Assembly: GCA_964641375.1 (NCBI GenBank)
Contig: CAZXMN010000001.1
Coordinates: 2,185-66,184, forward strand
Length of the DNA stretch: 64,000 nt
Reading direction: 5' to 3'
From: an uncultured Candidatus Saccharibacteria bacterium
Lineage (GTDB): Bacteria > Patescibacteriota > CPR2 > UBA1875 > CAIMLA01
Below are positions 38,487 to 47,868 of the stretch, piece by piece. Each line of letters begins with the position of its first letter. Within the stretch, counting starts at the first letter, position 1. The notes under the pieces were generated by a model. That model was not told the origin of the DNA. It searched no databases and worked only from the letters and a program-made list of their open reading frames with translations. The position numbers and the translations under genes are program-made.

Positions 38487-39287
38487 ATGGGAAAGAAAAC
38501 TCCTAAATTAAGGAAAATCAGACATAAACTCTTTGCACTCCTGTCTGGTAGCTTAGTGTTCTCTCAGATTATGATGGGAGTAACATATTATTCCGGTCCC
38601 GGTATCAACACTGAGACGCCTGCTGTAATGAGCCATAACATTATCACACTTACTAACACTAACCGGACTTCTGCAAATGTACCGGTTCTCACTGAGAGCT
38701 CTGTTTTAGATAAAGCTGCCGATATGAAGCTGAATGATATGTTTGTCAATAATTATTGGGATCACGTGGCACCATCGGGAATGCAAGCTTGGGACTTTAT
38801 GAAACAAGCCGGCTACGACTATGAAGTCGCGGGAGAAAATCTTGCGAAAGGTTACCACGATTCAGGTTCTACGGTGACCGCCTGGATGAATTCACCAAGT
38901 CACAAAGAGAATTTACTAAGCCCAAAATATACTGAAATTGGTGTCGCCGTGGGTAGTGGTACGCTTGATAGCAAGCCCGTTACTCTCGTGGTGCAACTTT
39001 TCGGCAAACCCCAGGTGGCTTTAGCTGCTTCTCCTGTCACGGAAACCAAAGTACTGGCCGCCAGTCAAAGTGCTGGTTTTGATATTTTGTCGCCAATCAC
39101 ACTCTCGAGATTACCATATTTTATTGCGTGGCTCGTTCTCTTTGCCTTAATTGTTTTTGATGGTATCACGCTACGTAAACTTGGTCTCCATAAGAGCAAA
39201 AAACATATGTTTGAGTTTAGGTCAGCGCTCCTTATCAACTCTCTAGCTTTTATTATTCTCTTTATCAATTTTGCTGCTGTACGATAA
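38487..39287 (+). CDS. CAP/SCP (PR-1-like) domain protein with C-terminal TM
   Basis: NYWDHVAPSG...GENLAKG...WMNSPSHKENLL CAP-domain motifs. Confidence 0.75.
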   Translation: MGKKTPKLRKIRHKLFALLSGSLVFSQIMMGVTYYSGPGINTETPAVMSHNIITLTNTNRTSANVPVLTESSVLDKAADMKLNDMFVNNYWDHVAPSGMQAWDFMKQAGYDYEVAGENLAKGYHDSGSTVTAWMNSPSHKENLLSPKYTEIGVAVGSGTLDSKPVTLVVQLFGKPQVALAASPVTETKVLAASQSAGFDILSPITLSRLPYFIAWLVLFALIVFDGITLRKLGLHKSKKHMFEFRSALLINSLAFIILFINFAAVR

Positions 39288-39321
39288 TCTAGTATAATTA
39301 AACGGTAAGTCAGGAGTAACT

Positions 39322-40227
39322 ATGTATGATCTCGCGATAATTGGAGCCGGTCCGGCCGGAATGTCGGCAGCTGTTTACGCAGCCAGATACAAAATGAATG
39401 TGGTTATGTTCGGTCAATTTCCGGGTGGCTATGTCAATGAAGCTCATCTAGTCGAGAATTGGCTTGGTGAGAAAAGTATTGCCGGATCAGAACTAGCCGC
39501 CAAATTTGTCGATCATGTGAAAAGTCTAGACATTGATATGAGACTCAATGGTGTTCGTGGAATAGTAAAAAAAGATGATCATTTTGAAATTACGACAGAC
39601 AAGGGCACAGAAAATGCTGAGAGAATCATTCTTGCAATGGGTACAGAAAGAAACAAGCTCGGTATAAAAGGTGAAGATCAATTCCTCGGCAAAGGTGTTT
39701 CTTACTGCACTACTTGTGATGCATTTTTCTATCGAGACAAAACCGTAGCCGTTATCGGTGGTAGCGATAGTGCTTGCACAGGCTCACTACTACTTGCTGA
39801 CATCGCCAGTAAAGTTTACTTAGTTTATAGACAAGGTGAACTGAGAGCTGAGCCATCCTGGGTTTCTGACGTAAAGAAGAATCCTAAAATTGAAATCGTT
39901 TTGAACGCTAATCCGGTCGAGATAGAAGGTGACAATGTAGTTCGTAAATTAAAACTCGACACCGGCAAAGAACTAGCCGTGGATGGAATTTTTGTCGAGA
40001 TCGGGACAACTCCCGGCGCAGCATTAGTGAATCAACTTGGCGTCAAAACTGACGAAAAAGGGTACATTATCGTCGACGATGCACAGAAAACCAACACTTC
40101 GAGAGTCTGGGCCGCTGGGGATATCACAACCAAAAATAATAAGCTCAAACAAATAATTGTTGCAGCCTCAGAAGGCTCGGTAGCAACATATTCTGCCTAT
40201 TTAGACAAAAAATCTACTGATAAATAA
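39322..40227 (+). CDS. trxB: Thioredoxin reductase
   Basis: FAD GxGxxG motif (IIGAGPAG) and redox-active CTTCD motif. Confidence 0.9.
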   Translation: MYDLAIIGAGPAGMSAAVYAARYKMNVVMFGQFPGGYVNEAHLVENWLGEKSIAGSELAAKFVDHVKSLDIDMRLNGVRGIVKKDDHFEITTDKGTENAERIILAMGTERNKLGIKGEDQFLGKGVSYCTTCDAFFYRDKTVAVIGGSDSACTGSLLLADIASKVYLVYRQGELRAEPSWVSDVKKNPKIEIVLNANPVEIEGDNVVRKLKLDTGKELAVDGIFVEIGTTPGAALVNQLGVKTDEKGYIIVDDAQKTNTSRVWAAGDITTKNNKLKQIIVAASEGSVATYSAYLDKKSTDK

Positions 40228-40370
40228 TTTACCTATATATAAGCAAAATATCACTCATTACGCACAAAATATTTTAGATTATTCACACTTCGCGCTTGAC
40301 AATGCAGGTGCCTTAGTTCAAATTATACCTAGGCGTGAGCCGAATCCAGTGAGAGGAGGTGGATCAAAAG

Positions 40371-40514
40371 ATGGCAACAGAAGGATATTGTGTTAAATGT
40401 AAAGCCAAGAAAGAAATGAAAGACGCTAAGTCTATCACTATGAAGAATGGCCGTCCTGCAACTCAGGGTGTTTGCCCAAGCTGTGGTACAAAAATCTTCC
40501 GAATCGGAAAATAG
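40371..40514 (+). CDS. Small zinc-ribbon protein (47 aa), not in the ORF track
   Basis: Strong RBS GAGAGGAGGTGG upstream of the ATG. Sequence is MATEGYCVKCKAKKEM...GVCPSCGTKIFRIGK, with CxxC...CxxC. Confidence 0.5.
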   Translation: MATEGYCVKCKAKKEMKDAKSITMKNGRPATQGVCPSCGTKIFRIGK

Positions 40515-40657
40515 TAATATTCAAACTAGTTTATAAATAACTCCTTGGTTTACCAGGGAGTTATTTATTTATTGAAGGTTAGGCCATTTTCTGCTATAAT
40601 CTTCGGGCAATTTGTAATTAGAAATTATAAATTTTAAGTAGCTCACAACTCTGACAT

Positions 40658-40732
40658 GGTCCCATCGTCTAGTGGTTAGGACGCTAGGTTCTCATCCTAG
40701 TAACACCGGTTCGAATCCGGTTGGGACTACCA
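40658..40732 (+). tRNA. tRNA-Glu (anticodon CTC)
   Basis: Hand-folded. Anticodon stem CTAGG/CCTAG with loop UUCUCAU, T-loop GGTTCGAATCC, encoded CCA. 75 nt. Confidence 0.8.
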
Positions 40733-40733
40733 A

Positions 40734-40768
40734 AGAAACCACAATCAACTGATTGTGGTTTCTTTTTG
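40734..40768 (+). terminator. Terminator after tRNA-Glu
   Basis: AAACCACAATC/GATTGTGGTTT stem plus CTTTTTG. Confidence 0.75.
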
Positions 40769-40789
40769 TTTCTATGTTATGATTTCTTT

Positions 40790-41404
40790 ATGAATAAACC
40801 AGTAATAATTTTTGATTTTGACGGTGTTATAGTCGATAGCCTTGACCTTTCATTTGGAATTAATAAGGCAATAATGCCGGATCTTGAATACGAGGAATGG
40901 CAAAGTTGGTTTGAGGGAAATTTATATAAGAGAATACGCAAAGAACATGCCAATGAAGCTTCCCAGAATGCATTCTTTGAAAAATACAATGAAGGCATAG
41001 TTAATATATTACCCATTAATGGAATGACTGACATTATTAAAAAATTGACTAAGAAGTATACTTTGATAATAATTTCTTCATCTTCTCAAAAGGGGATAAA
41101 TTCATATCTGAAGAAATATGGATTGAACGATTACTTCACTGAAGTTCTTGGTAAAGAAACTCATAAAAGAAAAGTTGATAAATTTCATATGATTTTAGAA
41201 AAATATAATATTGCCCCCCATGAGACACTTATCATTACAGATTCTGTCGGAGATATACTTGAAGCAAAAGAGGTTGGTGTCAAAACCCTTGCAGTTTTAT
41301 GGGGAGTGCATAGCAACGACAAAATTGAAAAATCTAACCCTCATTTTATAGCGTCAAAGCCAGATGAAATAATTGTGGGTATTAATACCGTTCTTGGCAA
41401 GTAA
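40790..41404 (+). CDS. HAD-family phosphatase
   Basis: IIFDFDGVIVDS motif I and ITDSVGD motif. The upstream TTG extension overlaps the tRNA and is rejected. Confidence 0.8.
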   Translation: MNKPVIIFDFDGVIVDSLDLSFGINKAIMPDLEYEEWQSWFEGNLYKRIRKEHANEASQNAFFEKYNEGIVNILPINGMTDIIKKLTKKYTLIIISSSSQKGINSYLKKYGLNDYFTEVLGKETHKRKVDKFHMILEKYNIAPHETLIITDSVGDILEAKEVGVKTLAVLWGVHSNDKIEKSNPHFIASKPDEIIVGINTVLGK

Positions 41405-41432
41405 TTACCAGCTTTTGTAGTATAATGATTCT

Positions 41433-41837
41433 ATGAAAAGTGATGACATTTTTTGCAAAATAGTTGCTGGTGAAATTCCGAGTTACAAAGTCTACGAAGA
41501 TAATGATTTTTTCGCGTTTCTCGACATCAATCCAGTGAATCCTGGACATACACTTCTGATACCAAAAGAACATTATGAATATCTCTTCGACATGCCAAAT
41601 GAACTATATTCAGCCCTCTGGCTCAAAGCAAAAGACCTTGCTCCAGCAATCCAGCGCGCAACCGGTGCCAAGCGCATTGGCGTCGTCGTGGAAGGATTCG
41701 CCGTACTTCATGTTCATATCCACCTTGCCCCAATTAATAGTCCAAGAGAACTAGATTCGACTAATCAGAAACCTGCCAATCCAGAAGACCTTGCCGAAAT
41801 GACAAAGAAGATAAAAACCGAGATTGCCGCGTCCTAA
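41433..41837 (+). CDS. HIT-family hydrolase
   Basis: Histidine triad HVHIHL. Confidence 0.85.
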   Translation: MKSDDIFCKIVAGEIPSYKVYEDNDFFAFLDINPVNPGHTLLIPKEHYEYLFDMPNELYSALWLKAKDLAPAIQRATGAKRIGVVVEGFAVLHVHIHLAPINSPRELDSTNQKPANPEDLAEMTKKIKTEIAAS

Positions 41838-41878
41838 ACTCCTCGCAATGACAATCCATTTAATTTATACTAATTATC

Positions 41879-42871
41879 ATGCGAATATTTAAGAAACTCT
41901 TTTCCAGGTTTGTGGGGTATCTCAAATCAAATAAGAAACTCATGGCTCTCCTCGGAGTTATTACCGTCGTGGCAGCCACGGCAATTATTTCTACAATGAG
42001 TATAGAAATCCCAAAAGTTATCTCGGCCAAACCAACAGGACTATCGGCTGCTGAGATGCAAAAAGAGATTGCTGCAAATAAAGCAAAATATTATCCCAAG
42101 ATGGATTGGCTGACAGCTCACCCACAAACTTTACCAGTCTCAACAAAGGCTTCAATTATTCTCGATTACAACACCAGAGAAGTACTCTTTGCACAGAACG
42201 AACATGCCAAATTACCGCCTGCCAGCATCACGAAAGTGTTGACCGCTACCGTTGTCCTAGAAAATATGAAAACTGACAAGCTTTGTCCAATTTCTCAGGA
42301 AGCCGCCGATACTGAACCGGACAAGATTGGGATGCGAGTAGGCGAGCAGATGAGCGTTGAGGATCTGCTCTATGGAATGATGATGCTTTCAGCTAATGAT
42401 GCCGCAGAAGCTCTCTCTGAGTGCTACGACGGTGGTAAACCGGCCTTCATGGCGAAGATGAATGAGAAGGTAAAGTCGCTCGGTCTCACTGACAGCAACT
42501 TTGTAACCCCAAATGGCTTAGATGACCCGAATCACTATGTTTCGGCCTTCGACATGGCCACTATCACTGAGTATGCTATCCGAACAATACCAAATTTTCT
42601 TGATTATATGGGTCGAAAAACAGATTATTCTGTCGCGGCCACGGATCATAACGATGCTCATTCTTATTATCAGCTAAGTACATTACTAAAAACTTATCCA
42701 GGAATGGATGGGGCCAAAACCGGATTTACTTACGATGCTGGTAACACATATATTGGTACTGCTATGCGTAATGGTCGTAGGATAATCATTGTCTATCTCA
42801 ATGCATATTCCAGTACATATGATGCGACACTACTCTTAGATCAAGGATTTTTCTTGAATCCGAGCTCATAA
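41879..42871 (+). CDS. D-alanyl-D-alanine carboxypeptidase (S11, PBP5/6-like)
   Basis: SITK (SxxK), SAND (SxN), KTG motifs. Confidence 0.8.
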   Translation: MRIFKKLFSRFVGYLKSNKKLMALLGVITVVAATAIISTMSIEIPKVISAKPTGLSAAEMQKEIAANKAKYYPKMDWLTAHPQTLPVSTKASIILDYNTREVLFAQNEHAKLPPASITKVLTATVVLENMKTDKLCPISQEAADTEPDKIGMRVGEQMSVEDLLYGMMMLSANDAAEALSECYDGGKPAFMAKMNEKVKSLGLTDSNFVTPNGLDDPNHYVSAFDMATITEYAIRTIPNFLDYMGRKTDYSVAATDHNDAHSYYQLSTLLKTYPGMDGAKTGFTYDAGNTYIGTAMRNGRRIIIVYLNAYSSTYDATLLLDQGFFLNPSS

Positions 42872-42903
42872 TAAACTATTCTTACATTAGAAGCGGAGGG
42901 AAT

Positions 42904-44553
42904 TTGTTACCACTTACCGAGAAAGCTCATAAGCTTATCAACATTATTTCTGTAGTCGCAAGTAGTCTGTTACTTTTTGGCTATATAATTTTGGCTATTT
43001 TTACAAAATCAAATATCGTTTATTACGATGGCATCAAATTCTTTCTCGGTATTGCCGTTATCACGTTTCTGTATGGTATTATCTTTACCGATTTTTACAG
43101 TAGAAACGCGAAGCTTACTATGAGTGGTCTGCTGTTTTTAGACTCACTATTACCAATATTCTTGATTGACTATATGGGCGGCCCACTGACACCGTTCGTA
43201 TTTATTTTTTATATTTTGATTTCAATGAACTTCCTGTTTGCAACCGGTTTCGGAATACTCATAACAGGAGTATTCCTCTCATATCTTGGTTTGTCTATAT
43301 TTTTACATCCCGGGAATCTTCTGGCTTACACCAGTGTGGCTCTATCCTTTTTGATAGCTGCGATATTCTTTGATTATTTCGGACGTAAATATCGATCCTT
43401 ACTAACCCAAAGTCATGACTTAGAAAACAGTAACTTAGATCTGACAGCGAACCAAAACAAGGAAGATGCTCTTCTCTCGAGTATTGCCGATGGCGTTTAT
43501 GTAGTCGATATGGACAGGAATCTAACTATGTTCAACGCCGCTGCTGAGGAAATGACTGGTTGGAAAGACGCTGAGGCGATTGGCCTCAAATGTTGGAATG
43601 TGATGAATCTAAAGAATGATACTGATGTCTCGGTTTGTCAGAAGGATTGTCCGGCTATGGCGGTCTGGAATACCGGTGAAAATGTGATGCGTGACGATAC
43701 TTGTTTCGTGAAAAAACGTGGTAACAAAAAAATCCAAATATCGAGTTCTTATTCACCAATCAAAGACAAAAACGGCAAACTGACCGGCGCCATCTGTGTT
43801 TTTCGCGACATCACTGCTGGTAAAGAAGTTGAGCGTCAGCGAAGCGAATTCGTCTCAACTGCTTCTCATGAACTTCGCACTCCGATTACTGCGATGGAAG
43901 GTTATCTTGAACTGATTGAAAATACGAAAATTTGTAGCATTGATGATAAAGCTCAGGAATATGCTGAAAAGGCACGTAATGTTGCTCTCGGAATGTCCAC
44001 ATTAGTTAAGAATCTGCTGGCGGTAACTAAAATAGAAGAGGGTAAGGTCCAAACAAACATTACTAATTTCAGTATTCATGACCTTTCTTCTGAGGTTGTA
44101 GAAGCATTGGGTCCAAACGCAAAAAATCGAAATTTGTATCTCAAAATTGTTGAGGCGACGAACCAAAAAATTGTTGGTGAGAAAGCTGTTGGACGAAGCC
44201 TGAATGTTACTGCAGATCGTGAACAAATCCGTGAGGTTTTATTTAATCTGGTTGAGAACGGGTTGAAGTTTACCCAACAAGGTGGTGTATCTCTTAGTAT
44301 TACTTATGACAAAGATTTTGCGACAGTTTGCGTCGCAGATACCGGCATGGGGATTCCTGCTGATGGTCAGAAACACATTTTCGAGAAGTTTTATCGTTAT
44401 GATAATTCTGCCACTAGAGAGGTTGGAGGAACAGGACTTGGACTTTTCATTACTCGTTCAATAGTCGAAATGTTTGGTGGCAGTATCTGGCTTGAGAGCC
44501 AAACTGGCAAGGGAACGAGATTTTACTTTACAATACCTAGAAGTCTAGATTAA
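42904..44553 (+). CDS. Sensor histidine kinase (multi-TM, PAS, HisKA, HATPase)
   Basis: H-box ASHELRTPITAMEG, plus N, G1 and G2 boxes. N-terminal polytopic membrane domain. Confidence 0.85.
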   Translation: MLPLTEKAHKLINIISVVASSLLLFGYIILAIFTKSNIVYYDGIKFFLGIAVITFLYGIIFTDFYSRNAKLTMSGLLFLDSLLPIFLIDYMGGPLTPFVFIFYILISMNFLFATGFGILITGVFLSYLGLSIFLHPGNLLAYTSVALSFLIAAIFFDYFGRKYRSLLTQSHDLENSNLDLTANQNKEDALLSSIADGVYVVDMDRNLTMFNAAAEEMTGWKDAEAIGLKCWNVMNLKNDTDVSVCQKDCPAMAVWNTGENVMRDDTCFVKKRGNKKIQISSSYSPIKDKNGKLTGAICVFRDITAGKEVERQRSEFVSTASHELRTPITAMEGYLELIENTKICSIDDKAQEYAEKARNVALGMSTLVKNLLAVTKIEEGKVQTNITNFSIHDLSSEVVEALGPNAKNRNLYLKIVEATNQKIVGEKAVGRSLNVTADREQIREVLFNLVENGLKFTQQGGVSLSITYDKDFATVCVADTGMGIPADGQKHIFEKFYRYDNSATREVGGTGLGLFITRSIVEMFGGSIWLESQTGKGTRFYFTIPRSLD

Positions 44554-44573
44554 TATAGTAAAAAGAGGGGATT

Positions 44574-44942
44574 ATGGCAAAAGTATTGCTAGTCGAAGAC
44601 GACATCGCACTTAGGGATATTTATTCCGCTAGATTTATGGCTGAAGACTTCGACATCGTCACCGCTTCTGATGGAGAAATGGCCCTTACCCAAGCCGTAA
44701 AAGAGAAGCCAGATCTAATTATCCTCGATGTAATGATGCCAAAGATAAGCGGTTTCGATGTTTTGGATATTCTCAGGGCTACACCAGAGACCAAAAATAC
44801 GAAGGTTATCATGATGACCGCGCTTTCACAAAGTTCTGATATTGATAAAGGCAAATCCCTCGGCGCAGATGAGTATCTCGTCAAGTCTCAAGTGACTCTG
44901 ACGGACGTCATTAAGAAAGCCAAAGAAGTCTTAGCCAGATAA
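44574..44942 (+). CDS. Single-domain response regulator (receiver only)
   Basis: VLLVEDDIALRDIY...LIILDVMMP receiver motifs. Directly downstream of the histidine kinase. Confidence 0.85.
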   Translation: MAKVLLVEDDIALRDIYSARFMAEDFDIVTASDGEMALTQAVKEKPDLIILDVMMPKISGFDVLDILRATPETKNTKVIMMTALSQSSDIDKGKSLGADEYLVKSQVTLTDVIKKAKEVLAR

Positions 44943-44944
44943 TA

Positions 44945-44975
44945 AAAACAAAGAGAGACACCTAGTCTCTTTTTT
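44945..44975 (+). terminator. Terminator
   Basis: AGAGAGAC/GTCTCTCT-like stem plus TTTTTT. Confidence 0.6.
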
Positions 44976-44989
44976 GGTACTATTAATAC

Positions 44990-45688
44990 ATGTTCACTAT
45001 TAAAGATGAAACTTTTGAAGGTCCGCTTGATTTACTTCTTTCTCTCATTGAGAAAGAGCAACTAGATATAACTCAGATTTCTCTGGCAAAGATAACCGAA
45101 AGTTATCTTGCTAGAATTAATGAAATAGAAGGCGATAGCAACGAAATCGCCGACTTTCTAGTTATTGCTGCCAAACTACTCTACATTAAGTCCCGAAACC
45201 TTATTCCAGCTCTGGCTACAGAGGAGGAAGAAGCCGAGATTGACGATCTAGAAACAAGGCTTAGAGAATATAAGCAGTACAAGTTAGCAGCAAAACATCT
45301 AGAGAAAGTGCTCTCCACCGAATCACGCAGCTATGCTCGCCGCGGCAAAAACGATATCGCAATCACTTTCACACCGCCAAATAACTTGGACAATCAGGGT
45401 CTTTTTGCCCTTTTCCAGGAAATTCTAAATAAGGTTGAAGTGGATTCACCTAGAGAAATCATTATGGATAACGTACCGAAAGTTACCCTGGGACAGAGAA
45501 GGGACCATATTCTGAAACATATTAGAAATGGCGGCAAGATCAGTTTCCGCACCGCGCTTGCCGATGCGAAGACAAAGGTTGATGTCATTGTCACCTTCCT
45601 TGCTATTCTGGAAATGGTTAAACAGAAAGAAGTCCGTGTCGAGCAAGATAATAATTTTTCAGATTTCATGATAATCGGAGTAAAATAA
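44990..45688 (+). CDS. scpA: Segregation and condensation protein A
   Basis: FEGPLDLLLSLIEKEQLDITQISLAKITESYL N-terminus. Confidence 0.85.
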   Translation: MFTIKDETFEGPLDLLLSLIEKEQLDITQISLAKITESYLARINEIEGDSNEIADFLVIAAKLLYIKSRNLIPALATEEEEAEIDDLETRLREYKQYKLAAKHLEKVLSTESRSYARRGKNDIAITFTPPNNLDNQGLFALFQEILNKVEVDSPREIIMDNVPKVTLGQRRDHILKHIRNGGKISFRTALADAKTKVDVIVTFLAILEMVKQKEVRVEQDNNFSDFMIIGVK

Positions 45689-45693
45689 GATTA

Positions 45694-46233
45694 ATGACAA
45701 AAGATAACCTAAAATCAATAATCGAGAGCCTTCTCTTTGTCGCCGAGAAACCGGTCAGCGTGAAAGAGATTGCCGATGTTACCGGCAAGATGATTAGTGA
45801 TGTTCAGAGTTGTTTGAACGAAATCAGTAAAGACTACGAAATTCGTGGTATTCGCTTAGTAAGGAAAGGGGAATATTTCAGCTTCGTTTCTGCTCCAGAG
45901 AATGCCAAAGAAGTCAGTACTCTATTAAATGAAGAACTTAGACATGATCTTTCCCAAGCTGCACTTGAAACTCTAGCCATAATTACTTACAAACAACCGA
46001 TTACACGCATGGAGATTGAGGAGATTCGCGGCGTCAACTCTGACCAGCTAGTTCGGAATCTGATGATTCGAGGGCTTATTACTGAAGTTGGCCGCAGAGA
46101 ATCTGTCGGCAAACCTATTCTCTACGGCACTACCATGGAATTTATCCAGTATTTTGGCCTCGATGCCGAAGAGTCCTTACCAAAAATTGAAGAACTACAA
46201 CTTTTTGAGACAAAAAATTCCGATGAAAGTTAG
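45694..46233 (+). CDS. scpB: Segregation and condensation protein B
   Basis: Tandem winged-helix ScpB sequence. Follows scpA. Confidence 0.85.
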   Translation: MTKDNLKSIIESLLFVAEKPVSVKEIADVTGKMISDVQSCLNEISKDYEIRGIRLVRKGEYFSFVSAPENAKEVSTLLNEELRHDLSQAALETLAIITYKQPITRMEIEEIRGVNSDQLVRNLMIRGLITEVGRRESVGKPILYGTTMEFIQYFGLDAEESLPKIEELQLFETKNSDES

Positions 46234-46918
46234 AATTGCCAAATATTTAGCTTCCGCTGGCCTCGGGTCAAGGAGAAAAAGTGAGGAACTAATCATGGCA
46301 GGTAAAGTGAAAGTGAATGGGGAAGTCATCAAATCACCGGCGCTTTCGATCGATCCGGCTCTCGACAAAATTGTGTACGAAGGCAAGATTGTTGAGCCCT
46401 CAACCAAAGTCTACTATCTTTTGAATAAACCGGCTGGCCACACTTCCAGCGCATCCGATAGCCATGCAAAAAAACTTGTTACTGAGCTTGTCCCGGCCGA
46501 CCCTGTAGTTTGGCCGGTGGGGCGTTTGGACCGCGAGACCTCTGGTCTCCTAATTCTCACAAATGACGGCGATTTGACTCAGAAACTCACGCATCCGAGC
46601 TTCGAAAAAAGAAAAACATATATAGCGACCGTTGATAAACCTCTCAGCGACGAGCAGGTAACTGAACTTTCAAAAGGGATAGCTCTAGAGGACGGGGTAA
46701 TAAAACCCGATGGTTTAAAACCCTTAAGTGGCGGCAGCTACAAAATCACTATTCATGAGGGTCGTAACAGACTGATTCGACGAATGTTTGAACATTTTGA
46801 TAGACAAGTAATAACCCTGGAACGAACCGGGCTCGCTTTTCTGAATCTTGGAAACTTGAAATCAGGTGAGTATCGTGAACTTACTACAACAGAAATAAGT
46901 AGGCTCAAAAATGTATGA
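46223..46918 (+). CDS. RsuA/RluB-family pseudouridine synthase with S4 domain
   Basis: S4 domain N-terminus MKVRIAKYLASAGLGSRRKSEELI. Catalytic-Asp region in VGRLDRETSGLLILTNDGDL (GRLD motif). Confidence 0.8.
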   Translation: MKVRIAKYLASAGLGSRRKSEELIMAGKVKVNGEVIKSPALSIDPALDKIVYEGKIVEPSTKVYYLLNKPAGHTSSASDSHAKKLVTELVPADPVVWPVGRLDRETSGLLILTNDGDLTQKLTHPSFEKRKTYIATVDKPLSDEQVTELSKGIALEDGVIKPDGLKPLSGGSYKITIHEGRNRLIRRMFEHFDRQVITLERTGLAFLNLGNLKSGEYRELTTTEISRLKNV

Positions 46919-47816
46919 ATTTCTACTACTCATTACGATTTTCTTAGGCCAACTGGCCCCAAATAGCCATGTTTTGTCGCAGTTGACAAAAAATCTCCTC
47001 ACTAAATCGCAGGCCGCTACGACTCAAACCGCTGAAAAGCTCCCAACTGCCCTTATCGCTGCCCCGATCAGACTAGCTTCCGATGATTACTCCGCAAACG
47101 CCGCTGCTGTCTACAGTATTGATCTAGTGTCTGATAAAGTTCTGACATCAAAAAATACTGATAGTCGTTTGCAGGTGGCCAGTCTAACGAAACTAATGAC
47201 AGCTTATGTAATTTTGAAAGAAGAACCAAATCTCGACCGTGTAGTCACAGTGCCGGCTCTGACTGAACAGACAGACGATGCTGTAATGGGACTTACTACG
47301 GGAGATCAAGTTACTATCAAAACTCTTCTGGATGGACTCCTAATCAATAGCGGCGCTGATGCCGCTCAGACGCTCGCCATAGAAAATGCCGGATCAATAG
47401 AGAACTTCGTTACTAAGATGAATACTGCAGCAGAAAATTTAAACCTTACAAATACCCATTTCGCAAATCCAATAGGTCTTGACGACCCTAATAACTATTC
47501 CAGCGCCAAGGATTTGACCGAACTAGTCCGTATATTGCTTCGTAATCAGACTTTCGCAAAAATCGTAGCTACAAAAACGATGACGGCTACAACTACGACC
47601 GGCCGCACAATCCCGCTAGCAACGACAAATCAGTTACTATATAGCTCAGGTTATATCGGTGTCAAAACTGGTTTTACTGGTGGAGCTAATGAATGCCTTA
47701 TCTCATTATACAAAGACGGAAATAATGAGATACTCACTACCGTTCTCGGTTCAAGCAACAGATTTTTGGAAACTGATAGTATAAAAGGATGGATTTTAAG
47801 CCACTTTTCGTGGTAA
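46911..47816 (+). CDS. D-alanyl-D-alanine carboxypeptidase (S11 family), second copy
   Basis: SLTK, NSGAD and KTG motifs. Confidence 0.75.
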   Translation: MYEFLLLITIFLGQLAPNSHVLSQLTKNLLTKSQAATTQTAEKLPTALIAAPIRLASDDYSANAAAVYSIDLVSDKVLTSKNTDSRLQVASLTKLMTAYVILKEEPNLDRVVTVPALTEQTDDAVMGLTTGDQVTIKTLLDGLLINSGADAAQTLAIENAGSIENFVTKMNTAAENLNLTNTHFANPIGLDDPNNYSSAKDLTELVRILLRNQTFAKIVATKTMTATTTTGRTIPLATTNQLLYSSGYIGVKTGFTGGANECLISLYKDGNNEILTTVLGSSNRFLETDSIKGWILSHFSW

Positions 47817-47868
47817 AATGATACGTCGCAAGAAATTTAGTATTTATAATTAGTAATTGGAAATTTAA

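Noticed and set aside
40721-40789. TTG-start N-terminal extension of the HAD gene from the ORF track
   Set aside because: It would overlap tRNA-Glu and its terminator. The ATG at 40790 begins the canonical HAD motif.
46088-46222. Long N-terminal extension of the pseudouridine synthase overlapping scpB
   Set aside because: The S4 domain begins at MKVRIAKY (46223). The extension is out of character and overlaps the scpB CDS.
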